DNA of 54,022 bases, filler included, from Porpidia crustulata (taxonomy: Eukaryota), in assembly GCA_964255105.1 (NCBI GenBank). It is 4 parts of 4 records of this genome, joined end to end, with 100 filler letters (N's around TTAATTAATTAA, not from the genome) between each part and the next. Parts side by side here need not be neighbours in the genome. Positions count along the whole stretch, not along the records: positions 27,088 to 40,516 come from CAXUWE010000443.1; 3 more parts are not named here. One strand, given 5' to 3'. The notes under the pieces were generated by a model. It saw only the letters and a list, made by a program, of their open reading frames with translations, was not told the DNA's origin and made no database searches. Every line of letters starts with the position of its first letter. Positions within the stretch are counted from its first letter, which is position 1. Below, in pieces: positions 27,088 through 40,516 of the stretch. The position numbers were made by a program, and so were the translations under genes.

Positions 27088-27431
27088 GGTGGGCGTCTGT
27101 ATACACCCGGGGGGGGGCTGCTTTTTTCGGGGGGCACGGTGATGGGGAGGGAAGGTATACCAACTATGCCGGCTAGGTAGAAGCTTTTTTCATTGAGAAC
27201 CTTCGGATCCGCCTGGTGCATCTGCCATCTAAACAAGTCGTCTTGCTGCTTCGGAGTGAGGTCGGCGTCAGAATGGCTGCCGTCGCTGGCAAAGTTGGGG
27301 ACAGTGTTGGTGATGAGGCGGCCGAAGGAGAAGGAAAGTTTGCCGGAGGGTTTGCGATACATGGTGGGTCAATCTCCAAGGAGAGTCGCGACGAGAGATA
27401 GAAATTCGACAGGGGAGGAGTAGGATGTCAT
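27088..27431 (-). other. 5' fragment of an unidentified gene or pseudogene, truncated by the gap
   Basis: C-ending codon bias; ATG at 27431 is in frame with the 27362 ORF but separated by a TGA at codon 21; no recognisable family. Confidence 0.35.
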
Positions 27432-27974
27432 GTTATGTGACCAGAAGCGAGAGACTATAGAGTATAGAGGAACAACTTGAATATTTGTATGTATAACAAG
27501 CTCAAGACGGCTGATGTGAGATGTCGTGCACAGCATTGATGGCTTCTGCGCCAGGTCGACTGCGCCTTCACACGTGGATGGTTTGCAGCTCTCGGATTTG
27601 ATAGAGTACGCAACGAATATGTGAGGTGATGATTTGGTAGAACCTCACAGGCTCATTCGACGTATTCTTGTCAGCACTTCGGAGTTCTAATGGATATGAA
27701 CGACGGTTCAATAATGCAAGTCCTTCACAGCCGTGATAGCTAACTGCTTGATTTACTCCTCACGTACTCTATTATCGATAAGGAAAGGGGGGTAGCTCTA
27801 TTGTGCCGAGGCAACTGATGGGCCGCGATTGCTTCATAGATAGGCACGTCCGTACTCACGTCCAGACTTACGTACAGTCTTAATTATATATCTTCGTTCA
27901 TATCCTTTATCTGATATGTAAAAGTGAATTGGACTTCCTGGTTTGCCACGTGGAACACCTCGACCTTCACAACG

Positions 27975-29708
27975 ATGGGCTCCACAATCCCAGAATTGAG
28001 ATCTACCTCGATTGAGTCTATCCCAAGCACTGTGAACAAAGTTCGTACAACGTTCCACTCGCAGAAGACTAAAGATGTCGGTTTCCGACTTGTACAACTG
28101 CGGAAGCTCTACTGGGGGTTAGTCCTTGCTACCTAAGAAAGAAATGTTCAGGCTGATCGCGTGTTCTGTTAGGCTGAAAGACAACGAAGCTGGCATCCTC
28201 GAAGCGTGTAAGAAAGACTTGGGAAAGGGCATCTTCGAATCGATTGTGACCGAAGTTGACTGGTGTACCAATGATATCATATTCCACTGCAACAATCTGG
28301 TCAAATGGACGAAGGATGAAAATGCCCCAGATATACCTCTAACAAACAAGCTTCTGAGACCCAAGATCAGAAAGGACCCTCTAGGATGTGTACTTATCAT
28401 CGGGTCTGTTGTACCTCAATGGACGTACTTTATTCCGACGAATACTACTGACCTCAATCCAGCACCTATAATTTTCCAATTCAGATTATCATTGGACCTT
28501 TGATTGGCGCTATTGCAGCTGGTAACACCGCAGTAATTAAGCCGAGTGAGGTCGCTCCCAATGTTGCTGCTATCGTCCAGCACATCGTTGAAACATCCTT
28601 GGACTCAACCTGCTACAGTGTTGTTCAAGGCGGCATTCGTGAAACCACTACATTGTTGGACCAGAAATGGGACAAGATTTTCTACACTGGCAGCGCCACT
28701 GTCGGCACTATCATCGCTAAGAAAGCTGCGGAGACTCTTACGCCGGTGACATTAGAGCTAGGAGGCCGCAATCCTGCGATAGTGACCAAAAACGCTGATG
28801 TGAGATTGGCCGCCAGGAGATTATTGTGGGCGAAGACAATAAACGCCGGACAGGTGTGCATAGGGCAAAACTACACTCTGATTGACAAGGATGTATTACC
28901 TGGCTTTGTTGAAGAGCTGAGAAATGCAATGAAAGAGTATTTTCCTACCGGCGCTAAGAGCTCTGAAGACTTTGGGCGTATCGTCAATGACAGGCAATGG
29001 GCAAGATTAAAGAGAATGGTTGACGAAAGCCAAGGGAAAATCTTGATCGGAGGAGAAATGATCGAGAGCGAAAAATACATCGAGCCGACCGTGATTCAAG
29101 TCAACGATCCATCTGATAGCTTGATCATCGACGAGAGTTTTGGCCCATTACTGCCTCTCTTACCAGTCGAAAATCTTGATGAGGCCATCAAGATTGCAAA
29201 CGAGGTCCACAGCACTCCACTTGGCCTGTATCCTTTTGGAACAAAGGCGGAAACAGATCGCGCAATGAAGGAGATTCGTTCCGGTGGAGCATCTGTCAAC
29301 GACGGCTGCTTCCATGGCGCAATCCCCTCTCTCGCCTTTGGAGGCGTGGGAGACTCCGGCCAGGGTAATTACCGTGGTAAGGCGAGTTTCGATTGCTTCA
29401 CGCATAGAAGAAGTTATACCACAACGCCTGGATGGATGGAGGGTTTGTTGGCTGTGAGATATCCGCCGTTCAAAGGCAAGGTCGAGACCTTCCGTAAGCA
29501 GACGCTACAGAAACCAAACTTTGATCGGGAGGGAAAAGTCAATTTCAGTCTGATTACATACATCTTGTCCCTCGGAGCTGGGAGCAGGACGGGTGGACTG
29601 ATCAGGTATGCAATGATTCTACTCAGTAAGTTTGGCGACCCAGTGTTGTAGTGGTTTTACTGATATCTGGAAGCGGCCCTCGGGATCAAGCAGTACCTTA
29701 ACCGGTAA
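27975..29708 (+). CDS. Aldehyde dehydrogenase, ALDH3/fatty-aldehyde type (HFD1/CarD/YLO-1-like) (exons 27975-28117, 28173-28403, 28463-29625, 29674-29708)
   Basis: PLGCVLIIGTYNFP, IKPSE, FYTGS, TLELGG (catalytic Glu), NAGQVC (catalytic Cys), ESFGP, FGGVGDSGQG, C-terminal hydrophobic anchor. Confidence 0.94.
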
Positions 29709-32700
29709 CAACAGCGACTGTAAACTGGGCTTCTATCATTATATAATTTCATTTCCTCATTTCACCAAGACATTGAATCGCTAAGATTTATGTAAATCGT
29801 TGTCAGCTTATCAATATCTAAGTTCAAAATGCACAAGCTCAAGTCTAAAATGCTTTCCATTGGAGCTTGACCTACTTGACTCTTAAGAGCATCTTACTTT
29901 CCGCCTCTTTAAATGTATCATCCTTGTAGAATCTCGGCCCATCTTGCCTTCTACCATCGCTCCTTACTGCATTATCTTCAACCGCCTGAAAACAAAAAAC
30001 AAAAAAACCATGATCAACGCCATCGGCCTATGACTCCATGGCTGTTGGCTCCCAACCCCTGACCACATTTTCCGGAGACAACATGCGTGTCTTAGCGAGT
30101 ATTCATCATGATAGATAACCAGGTATGAAGTGTCCAATACTCCAATTCTCACCCTCGTTCCCTCCCTCCCTGGCGGGTCTACATCCATATCAAATAGTCG
30201 TCAACTGAATCCCACATCACAAAGCACAAAAGCGACAGAAAACAGCATCCAAGCTCCCTCTTCTTAGCCCGCACCATTCGCTTTCTTATAATTACGAATA
30301 TAAAACAGTAGCACCGATAGATCGCGCTTTACGATCCGAAAATGGAGGAGAGCTATTACGGATATCAGACGTTTTTAGATAGGATCACCGCCATGAGTTC
30401 GTATCCTATTCTGTTGAAATGGATATACACATTTTCCTCCATGTGGTGAAGCAGCAGCTACCGGGACGAATTAAATCCTTTTGGTGCTATGGTTCCATTT
30501 TCATCGTTGTCGCATGGTAGGTTTCGTAAATCGTTCATCATAATAGAGGTATTTGCGCACAGATTAGTTACTCACCCTTATAGAATTAAGAGCCGTCGTA
30601 GGTTGAATATCTACGAAGCTAGTATCGAATCTTACGCGCTATTGTACTAAAAGGATCATGTATCCTGAATATGTCTTTCAGCATAGCGTTCGATTCTGCG
30701 AGAAAATTGGTGATTTTAAGTCCCCCGGGTGCGACGTTGGTTTTCGATATACCTCAGATGAAGGATCTGAAGTGGCCAATGTATGGGAATGTATGGGAAT
30801 GTAAAAAGCCCGACTCGGGTCCGTGTTGCTGAAGAACTTTCACCCGAAAGTTCGAAAGGGCTGTGCGCCCATTGTCATCGTTCCCCGGACCACTGTTGCT
30901 GGAATTGGTGGGTTCGGGGCCTCCTGCAAAATCCCGTTGATACTTCACTCCCTACTCGGGATCTGAGACGCTTACTTTTCAACTCCCGTATAGCCGGGAA
31001 GACGATTTCACCGAAGGGCGGAAAACAAGGCTTGTTCCTTCCTGACCCGATCCCTCGCGGAACCGTATTGTAGATATGTGCGGAGGAAGATATGGGCCCG
31101 GGAAAGAAGTCGGGCTTTCATCCTTGGTGGAGAATCTAATGCTGCAGTGGTGGATTGGATAGTTATGCGTTACGTAGGGCGTGGGAGTTACGCATGTGGT
31201 CCGAGTGATCGAAATGGGGATGTTAGGAGTCGAGCTGCAGTAGGGTTACGAGGTGGGAGTGGACGCGGTGTAGCTCCTCTTATCTCCTAGAGATTCAAAT
31301 CTTGGTGCAACAGCATCAGGCGCGGGACGTGGTCTTGAACTTCCGGATACCATTTCCGATGTTGCTAAGGGTCTTCAAATTAAACGATTCACAGCACATC
31401 TAGACTCGCCACAGAGACCGTCGGATGCGGCGGGTTTCTGTGACGGATGTGATTGGCGTGTCGAATTCGCAGGACTTTGAGGATGGATCTGATGCTCGGC
31501 ATAGGCATTTCGAAAACTTTTGGGTGAGGTAGTCCACTGCTCGTTGCATTCATATGATATACCTCAGCGCTCCTACAGGATCCATAATCTTCGTCGCAGT
31601 TCGCCTCATTTCTCTTTTTTCACTAACCGAAAGCTTTGGGGGCAGGACGGCTTCGAGCTGCTCATCGTTAGAGACCTTACTAGCTTCTCGCCCTTTTGGA
31701 AGCTTCTGAATTGTTCATAGCAGCTTGATGGGTATATAATTCCTAAGGATTGAACTGAGAAGTTAATTGAAGAAGGAATCTATTAGTGTGAAACTTCAAG
31801 CGAAGGACATAGAATATCTGAAATATGGTTTTGGAACGAAAGATGATTGTTTTTCGTAGAAAGTTTGGAAGAAGCCCGGAGATTTGATCCTGTCGTCCTC
31901 AACATACGCTCCATCCAGCTGAAAAACGTGCGGAAAGTATAGGGGAAAGTATTGAACCGAAGTCCGTAAAATAGTATACGTTGAATCAAAAATGGAGAAG
32001 CACCTCCAAGGTAGGAGGTGTGCTTCTAGCTACACACCTATGATAGTCAGAGCCCAAGAAAGCATACAATTAGGCACTTCAATTCGGCAGACATAGATGC
32101 AAGACCGCACGAGTTAAAATGCCGCACAAGGAACATGCGTGGTCTAAGATAGTAAGTCGACCTGCAGCAGTTTAGAAATATGAATGCAAGCCTCGAACAA
32201 TGCGCAGTAGAACGAGGTATCATGGTATTGATACGACACAAGAACAGACAACTGACTCTTCCTGATTGTTTGAGGCAAGAGCGTAGAATCATCATTGAGT
32301 AGAAATGATTGGAGTGTCATCTTGATTCTAGTAAGGTACGTATGACGTCATGTTCTGTAACGAGTCACCAAGTTTCTCTATCGTTTCGTAAAACCGAACC
32401 TCCATTTGATAATGATTGATCAACAGAAGCAGAATGGCAATTGACCGGCAAGACAGGTCAAGTCTTCTTCTAACAGGTCGGTATGTAATATGTCTTGCTA
32501 TTTCAGACGCTCCGACATCCACCCTTCTCTTCATATCCAACAACAAATCTTGAATCCTACAAGTTCACGTATTTCAATAACATAAAAAGATTAGTATCTG
32601 AGGATGAATAAGGCTGCTGACCAATGAAGCATCGTCTTCTCTAATCCATTTTCAATCATCTCTCTCAATTACCCTTCGTTTATCGTTTGTGCTTGTCATG

Positions 32701-32969
32701 GCATACTCTTTCAATAGATATGTATCCTCATCAAATTTAGGTAATGTATAAACGCCCTTTGCCAGCTTCCGTAGCTTTCCCTATCAACGATGCTTCTACT
32801 TTATATGAGTTTTTAGTCTTCTTGATAATCAGTATCACAAGCAAGCCCCATACTAAAAACATTTGTCAAATTATTGGTCAAGGATTATAAAGCTCTGTCG
32901 AGCGAGATCTCGCCGCAAGCACACAAAATGTGGTACTTACGAAAGATAATAAATTCCATATAGGGTGAA

Positions 32970-33000
32970 GTTTGCGGAGCCGTTTGCGGAGCCGTTTGCG
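32970..33000. repeat. 12-bp minisatellite GTTTGCGGAGCC x2.5
   Basis: Perfect tandem copies read directly. Confidence 0.85.
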
Positions 33001-34861
33001 TCTACTCATGGAATCCGGATTTGGTGCAGCGACCGTTGCCAAAAAATATATACTCAGATATTTAACATTATTTGAAGCTATCAATCATCTCATTAAGTGC
33101 ATGCTTCAGCTATCGGACTGCGATTACCTTTTGAGTGTGAAGCACTTTTCTTTTACAAGCTATAGACAACGGCAAATAATGGAGTGATGCCTCATGTTTA
33201 CAAATCTCAAGAATATGATCGAAGGCATTAACAAGAATAGATGGTAGGTGGAAGTTGGCACCAGAAAATCAGATAGCATTTTCGAGCCGATTGACCAGAA
33301 TCGGCGCCTTATAGAAGTACTTCTCGTCTTTTGTACCATTTCACTATCGAGACTATCGTCATATCAAGAAGGACTACTGCCTGATTCAACCCAGTTTTCC
33401 AGACATTGGAAATAGGCTGGATGTCGTTTAAGAGCGCTTAGCCGTGGAAAGACATTGCAATAGTATCACAAAACGTAATGAAGTTTCCTCATATCTGATC
33501 TCAAATAACTTAGACTTCGGACGCAAATTGACCACATACGCCACGGGAAATGAGACCATTTCATCAAATACCTGATTTGGTATTCGGAAGGCCGATTCTT
33601 TGGCTCGATGAGCTTGAATATCTGCCCGGTGGATCTGTGCCGATTGAGCAATGGGCTACATCTCTGTGCCATTTCCTATGGAGCGTCGGTCTACGAAGAT
33701 TAGACATTCCCGCATCACTACGCAAATACAGAACAGAGTCCCCAATCTTCCGACATCTCGAACATTTAGAAAATTGCAACTGTCACGGCTCTGCGATATG
33801 ACACAATAACCTTCTACAACAGGGGGGGGGAAACACCACTTGCCTTGAAAGACGCGCCCAACGAAGATATTGAGCGCCCCGATTCCCGGCACGGTACCTT
33901 TACCGTAGTCAAAACGATCTTGATAATTGGAGCACCTACACATAAAATAGGGAAGGTGAGCATCAGAAGTTCATGAAGGATCGCCAACTCCGAGGAAAAG
34001 CGAGAGCTAGGAGTACTAGAAGTCGCAGATATCTATGCCAAAGCCGACATAGAAGAATTCTTGAGTATTGATATGATCATATTCTGCCCCCTACCTTCTG
34101 ACATTTAACTACAATAGACTAAGCGAGTGGAGGAGATTGCATCCCTTCAAAGGAGCTAAGTCACTTCCCACCTATATACTTTTCCAACTTGAAATGTGGA
34201 GCTTCGTGGCATACCACTTGACTATCAACCGACTGCACACGGACGGTAAACATACAAGATTTGAAGGAAAATCAAGGACAGAAAGATTACAGGATTGGTA
34301 ATCGTAACACTTAGGTTTCATACATGTTTCCTTGTTGTGAGAAAGACCCCAATTAGGTATGATTGCATGAAAGAAAACAATTACTACTCTAAAGATAGCA
34401 GAGGAACGTACGACACCGTCGCAGAATCGCCAATAAATATGCCAAAAGCTCAAAAGGTCTTCCAGACGCCGCACTCACAATTTTCATCTGAAATGTGAAT
34501 ATGCCGTTCGAGATCAATGAAGGTGACTACAAAGCATCTCGAGCGCGGGAGGGTATAGAGGCCAGGCATTAAAATTGACGGAAACAAAAATATACATACC
34601 TTGGCTTTGGATAGTAAATGCTATAATCTCGATACGGGATTCAAAGATATTGATAGAAGACCCTTCAGTGGGGGAGATCATAAGAGAAGTCACGGGCCCG
34701 GAACTAATATTCTACAAAGACCATAATCTGCTAATGTATCCGAAGTCAATGCTCACTGTTCCTCATAGAGTTGAAGAAGTAGAAAGTAGTTCTTCATCTG
34801 AAGAGAATGATATCGAATTTGAAGCGTATAATTTTGACATTGAGGATCTAAGTCGCTTTTT

Positions 34862-35053
34862 TTCTGAGTCCGCAGCATGACTGTAACTGTCAGGACGTAA
34901 ATCTACAATCTTTCCCCCTCTGAATATTCTTTCCGAGAGTGTATTTGTTGACTTTATTCTGAGTCCGCAGCATGATTGTAAACTGTCAGGACATCAATCT
35001 ACGATCTTTTCCCCTCTGAATGCCCTTTTCACGAGTATATCTATTGACTTTAT
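34862..35053. repeat. ~96-bp imperfect tandem duplication (2 copies)
   Basis: Both copies run TTCTGAGTCCGCAGCATGA ... TTGACTTTAT; about 14 substitutions and one indel by manual alignment. Confidence 0.92.
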
Positions 35054-36673
35054 AATCAGTTCTTTTAACGACCCCCAAAAGGAAGTACTCCAGATCTTGC
35101 TTAGACCTCGGAACCCAAACAGGGAATTTTCTTCTTCGGGGACATCAAATTGTGGTGTGGGTGGGATACACTTATCTCACCCTTCTACATATTGTGTATA
35201 TTGATTTCGCCAACCAGCGCAGTATATTAAAGGTCCTCAGGGTACAATGATGGAGATGTCTAGGGCACCTTGCGATCTTCTCTGCAGAATTAAGCTAAAG
35301 CAGGCATATTCGAGGATTTCTTACTTCTAGTCATCCTTACCGCGCTTAATATTCCCACGCAATGCAATGTGATTACCGTCATCACATTGCTTTATGAAAA
35401 CCAGTCGACCTAAAATCAATGGCCATTCACCTTCACGAGGAATCTTGTAGGTTTTTCGGGCTTGAACGCAGAAAAAGTCAAAGAATCATCTAAATCCTCC
35501 ATTAAAAACACTGGAAGAGATAGTTCAATCTTATTTCTTGTAACATGGTCGGGACTTAATGATTAAAGCCTATGGACTTATTATTTCTTTGACATCACCA
35601 CCAATCAAGATTACCTCCGGGTACTAATTGCAGTCCAATTACATTTTCAATGAAAAATTTTATCGGTCGCGCGCCAAAATGGCTTGAGAGACATCAAAAT
35701 TTGCAGCTAACGCATCGTCGAAAGTGTCAGCGGTATCTTCGACTGATGAACTCGCCACCGCAAGGATCCAAGACGTGAAGCTTGACATCAAACACGTCAC
35801 TAAGCTGTCAGAGGTCTCAAGGAAGCCTTCGATGATGTGAGTTCTGCCGTCTTTGTGCTAGAAAGCTGTCGGGATCGTTAAGACTTTATACAACTGAAGC
35901 AGAGCGAGATTGCTGTCCTAAAGAGACAGCAGAAATCAATCAGGGAGAATACAAATTTTGATTTGCCATCAGACTTGAGACTTGACTCGACCCCAAGCAA
36001 GAATACACTTGAAAGAGGACATAATTACATAGGAAAAGCTCAATCTTGCAGACAACTTGACCAAAATATATAGGATTTTATCTACGATCACTACTTTGAA
36101 ATTTTTTGTGCCTCTTTCATAGATTATAGTCCTGTCTGGCGTTCGCGTCCTGGATATATATAACGCTTGATAGCATAAGGTTCAGCGCATAATCAAGACA
36201 TTTGAATATCCGCAGCCAAATTGAACACTTGGATTTCTGCACAGACCACCAAGAAAACAGATATTTGCTATTCGGTTGATAGAAATTTGGCTGAAGAATA
36301 TACGTGGTCCTTGAGGAACTTAGGATCATACAGGAATCTTATTGTGAGAAGAGCTTTGTTCCGCATGGTGAAAAGCTCGAGAAGAGACATTAAGTATAGA
36401 GGCTATATCGGCTCTAGTGAGTTTATATCTTGCAATACCGACCAACTACCACCAATCGAACGTGGAATAATCTGAGGATGAGCAAGCTGCCTAGCCGACT
36501 GCATGAAAGGCACTGAGTTGGCACGTATGGAATCTAGGAGCTATGTTTTTTGATTCTCTTCATCTCCAATCCCATAGCAACCGATTCCAAGTTGTGTATC
36601 TATTTAATCGCTCACATTTACTCATTCCCTATTACCTCTTGCATCTTGTATCCTTTGTTTACAATCCATTAAG

Positions 36674-37560
36674 ATGGCTACTCCCCGTCGGGGTGCTGCC
36701 CCTGGTTTTGGTCATGGTCGTGGTCGTGGTGCTGCCCCTGCTGTTGGTAGCAATCGCAGACAAGCCACCGCCCAGCCGCCTCCAGTATTTAGTCTCACCG
36801 CCGCCCCGACTCCTAATCGCTCAGTTCTTGCCACCGGCGGTGGCCTTACTCCCTCGGTATACTAGGGCGTGCTAGTTGGGATCCTATATTGATACGTTTG
36901 TAGTCCTTTGTGCCACTGTCAAACGCAATATTCGGTGGTGTGGGACCTCTCAAGTCATCAACTGTTGCGCTCGATGCGCTGGATCAAGATCATAGAATTC
37001 CAGACGAAATCAAACACTCATGAGACATGCTTGAGCAATTCTTGCAATTCTCATAAGTCAGCTCGTTGTCTTTATCGCAAGATGAATGAAGAGACTGTGT
37101 CGCGAGGTGGGACTTTGAAGTGTCTATAATGAAGTACAAGGATTGAAAGTCAGATCAGATGATAAGAAATACGTTGTTGCAAGATTAATTGGAGGTACCA
37201 ACAATCAATTCAGCGACTATAATAGAACCGGCACAGGCAAGCTTCTGCTAGGTTTGTGCGGCTTTTCAACCAGAGCGTACCGCATCGAGAAAGCCAAACT
37301 TCTCCTCTCCTCCACGCCAGAGCCGTGCGAATACACGAATCTTCTATCAAATTTCCTGAAGGCTTGAAGCGGTATTGAGCGCTGTGATATCAGACAATGA
37401 ATAGAAGGAGAAGTGACAGTTAAGCTGAATCAGACAATCTCTTCAATTGAACACATCCAGAAGCAACGGCCCTCACACTATCCTTTCACTATAGGTATGA
37501 GATTCTCAGCCAAAATAAACCCGGGAGTCCACATACTTAGGAACTTCAAGGCAGATGAGC
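36674..37560 (+). pseudogene. Highly degenerate gene relic, possibly Argonaute N-terminal/linker-1/PAZ fragments
   Basis: RG-rich start (MATPRRGAAPGFGHGRGRG), plausible intron ~36857-36903, then VARLIGGTNNQF..GTGKLLLGLCGFSTRAYR..KLLL, LSNFLKA and TISSIEHIQKQ in order; many stops. Confidence 0.3.
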
Positions 37561-39233
37561 GTGGTTTATGTCTATCTTAATCTTTGAATTTGGATTTGAC
37601 CAGGTCTATCACCTGGACCAACCTATCAACTATCGAAATCGATTTCGCTAGTATAGAACCCAGACTGTAGGTCCACTAGAGCTTTACGGATTTGGGGCCC
37701 TCCCTACTTTATTTACCGTCAACAGCATACTACTTGAGTCAGAGAAAATCGCCAACGACAACGATTTCGTGGTGTCCGCTCGAAGTTCTTCCGGTTACAA
37801 CCGCCGGCGTTTGAACGGCGATAGCAGAACCTCGGTCATCTGTGGGATGAACACAAATGTCATGGCAAGTGTCGAGCAAGCCATGGATATGACGATATTT
37901 TACTTACGTTGACGATATCGATTCTTTGATGAATGTCTCCGGGGTTTCTAGGTCAGACATATTGTCGTTGACGAGGGCGATGGTCAGGCTATCGCAACAC
38001 ATTCTGTCTTGGAAAGAAACATAATGATATCTTCGGAAGTGGCCGTACCAATGACATTGCACTTCATATATATCCAGAGATATGATACCATACGGTTCGC
38101 TTGAATTGTCTTCCAAGCAATTATCTTTCGAACTGTTGCAGGTCAAATGTGCATTAAGGACCTTGCAGTACACTGGAATTTCCGGTTCGACTCGGGCTCG
38201 TCGCACAGGAACCCGCCGTGCCTCTCTCGCAAATTCTGTCATTCGTCCGCTGATTGCTCCCATAACTTTCAGCCGTTCAGTCGTAAGTTTGGTCGGGATT
38301 TTAGGATTCGTTACTGATGTGTCTATAGCTCTTCAACAAATCGTCGTCCGGCATTGCTCACAAGTATATATACTCATGTCTTCCCCCCTTATTTATATTT
38401 CCGAAAACGGCCAACAGACGGTATTTGCGGCCAAACCTATGGAAAACTGTGCTCCCCTAGGCGAAACAAGAGATTTGACGTTCCAGTCTGCTTCGCCATT
38501 TTTGTCGATGGCGTAATATGGAAGAAATGTTCATATCACGCCAAGGTTGCCTCTGTCTGTCGTTCGATGTGTAAAAGCTTTCTACCCTATATGATTACAT
38601 TAACGAAATAGATTCCCAAGGCCTGTGTAGCGTCGGTTAATCAATATGTGTAGCTGATCGCCGTTTATAGAAAAACCCCGGACTAACAGGACGACGCCAT
38701 ATGGCAGACAACTGTCGACCCTGTGAAGTCCGAGTTGATCGCAGTTGAGGATGGACTCGCGCATTGGGGGCACCTCGAAGCCAGCAACTATCGTCCTTGT
38801 ACAATACTTCCGTCTTCCGACGCCTCTCCTTATATCAATCGACTCTCATCTATACCCAGACACAATCCTCGCGCCTCTATTGTTCCCTGATCGCCTCAAA
38901 TCACTATCGCATCTAGCATTCATAATCTTGAATCTCCATCAAATCTCTGGAAAGTCCTTGGAAAGAAAATCCAACAGTCAGCGTAAGCTACATATTTCAT
39001 CTCTATATCATCTTCAATCATCGTTATATAATAAAGTAGGACACGCAACAGCGGTAACACAATCCCATGTCCGGAGGGTCTTTTCATGTGGGCACTCCAA
39101 GACAAAGTGTATTCCTCGACTTCAAGCCGAAGAGGTTGAAATCAACCACCTCTGTTCAGCTGGCCAAAACAATTCGCCATACATTGTTCGAAGAGGTAGA
39201 TCGATGAACATAAGAGAATGAAGAAGATTCACT

Positions 39234-39849
39234 TATTCTGCAACTATATCGGGACATTGACAGAACTCTTTTCTGGAGGCTTTTGATATCCCGCATGGTT
39301 TATACTATAACGATTCCAGAATCGAAGCAAACAATAACAATCCTCGACGTCTATGGTCCTGAGAGACTCCAATGAACGCTCGTATGACCATTCAACAGAA
39401 CGCATTCGGGAAAATTGAAAAGTCGAAATCTAAACAATGATCTTTTGCACGCAGACACGAGAGTCAAGTTGCATATATCGTCAAGATTGTTCACAGAAAT
39501 ACATGGGATGAGTGTCAAGCAACCAGAGAATATACTGTATCCTGCAACTGTATCAGGAAATTAATAGAACTCTTTTCTGAAGGCGTTTTGACATCCCGCA
39601 CGATTTATACTACAACGATTTCAGAATCGAAGCAAACAACAATCCTTGGCTATTTTGGGCAACTTTGTCAAGCATGAATTCTAAAGCAGTCGCATATCTC
39701 GAATATCTGTGGTCCCGAATGGATTTGAAGCACGCCCGTATTACCTTCAACAGAACGCACCTGCAGGAATCGAAACGCCGAAGCCCAGGCGATGGGGTTT
39801 TGCCCTCGGACACAACAGCCAAGTTGCATCTTTAACCAATATTGTTCAC
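39234..39849. repeat. ~300-bp diverged tandem duplication (copies ~39234-39494 and ~39538-39849)
   Basis: Shared blocks CTGCAACT, AGAACTCTTTTCTG, CAGAATCGAAGCAAACAA, TTCAACAGAACGCA, CAAGTTGCAT, ATTGTTCAC; copy 1 lacks about 50 bp. Confidence 0.92.
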
Positions 39850-40516
39850 GAGTTAGCTACAAAACAGGGTGCAAACATCAATTGTTGTAATCTCTAACTG
39901 GCCGGTCCTCCGGAGATATGTATACTACGGGTGGACCGTAAAGATTGAATATTCAAGCTTCTGACACCAGCGATTAATTGTGTCTGTCTTTTTCACAAAA
40001 AGGGACTTCGGTTCCATTTTAGATATACGTCGATGGCTGTTGGAAATAATTCAATCACCTGCAACTCAAAAGTCGCAACAGCGGTTCTTTTTCGCAGACA
40101 CATACACGACAGTCGAGAAGGGCTTCATCGTCGCGTCTGTTTCCTTTCTACGTTCCCGCTGGCACGCCTCGGTTGGGGGGGTTTTTTTTTTTTTTGATAT
40201 CTTTGCTGGATACCCACCTCCTGGCAGTGACGTGGCTCTCAAAGAAAGCCGATTTCTGAACACTGCACAGGGTAACCTAACAATCTACAAGTATCATGAA
40301 GATCCGAAGATCAAGTTTTTTGTGATAGGCGAATGCGAACGCAGTTTGTGTTTTGATAATGCACTATATATTCATATTAACTTCTGAGAACTGGGACGTG
40401 ATAATTTCCACCAGGTAGCCTACACCTTCATCTCATCATGTTCAATTTCTCTTCATGGCGAAATGATGCCATTCCCCCCCCCCGATTTCAGGCCCTGGTG
40501 TAACGTATATCCAACC

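Noticed and set aside
3333..29708. Secondary-metabolite cluster (ABC transporter, P450, dehydrogenases)
   Set aside because: No PKS, NRPS or terpene backbone gene; genes are interspersed with housekeeping loci and split by two gaps.
37700..38500. Minus-strand relic tested as an Argonaute PIWI domain
   Set aside because: Opposite strand to the putative N-terminal fragments, and the GTxRPxHY and PAYYA motifs are not convincingly present.
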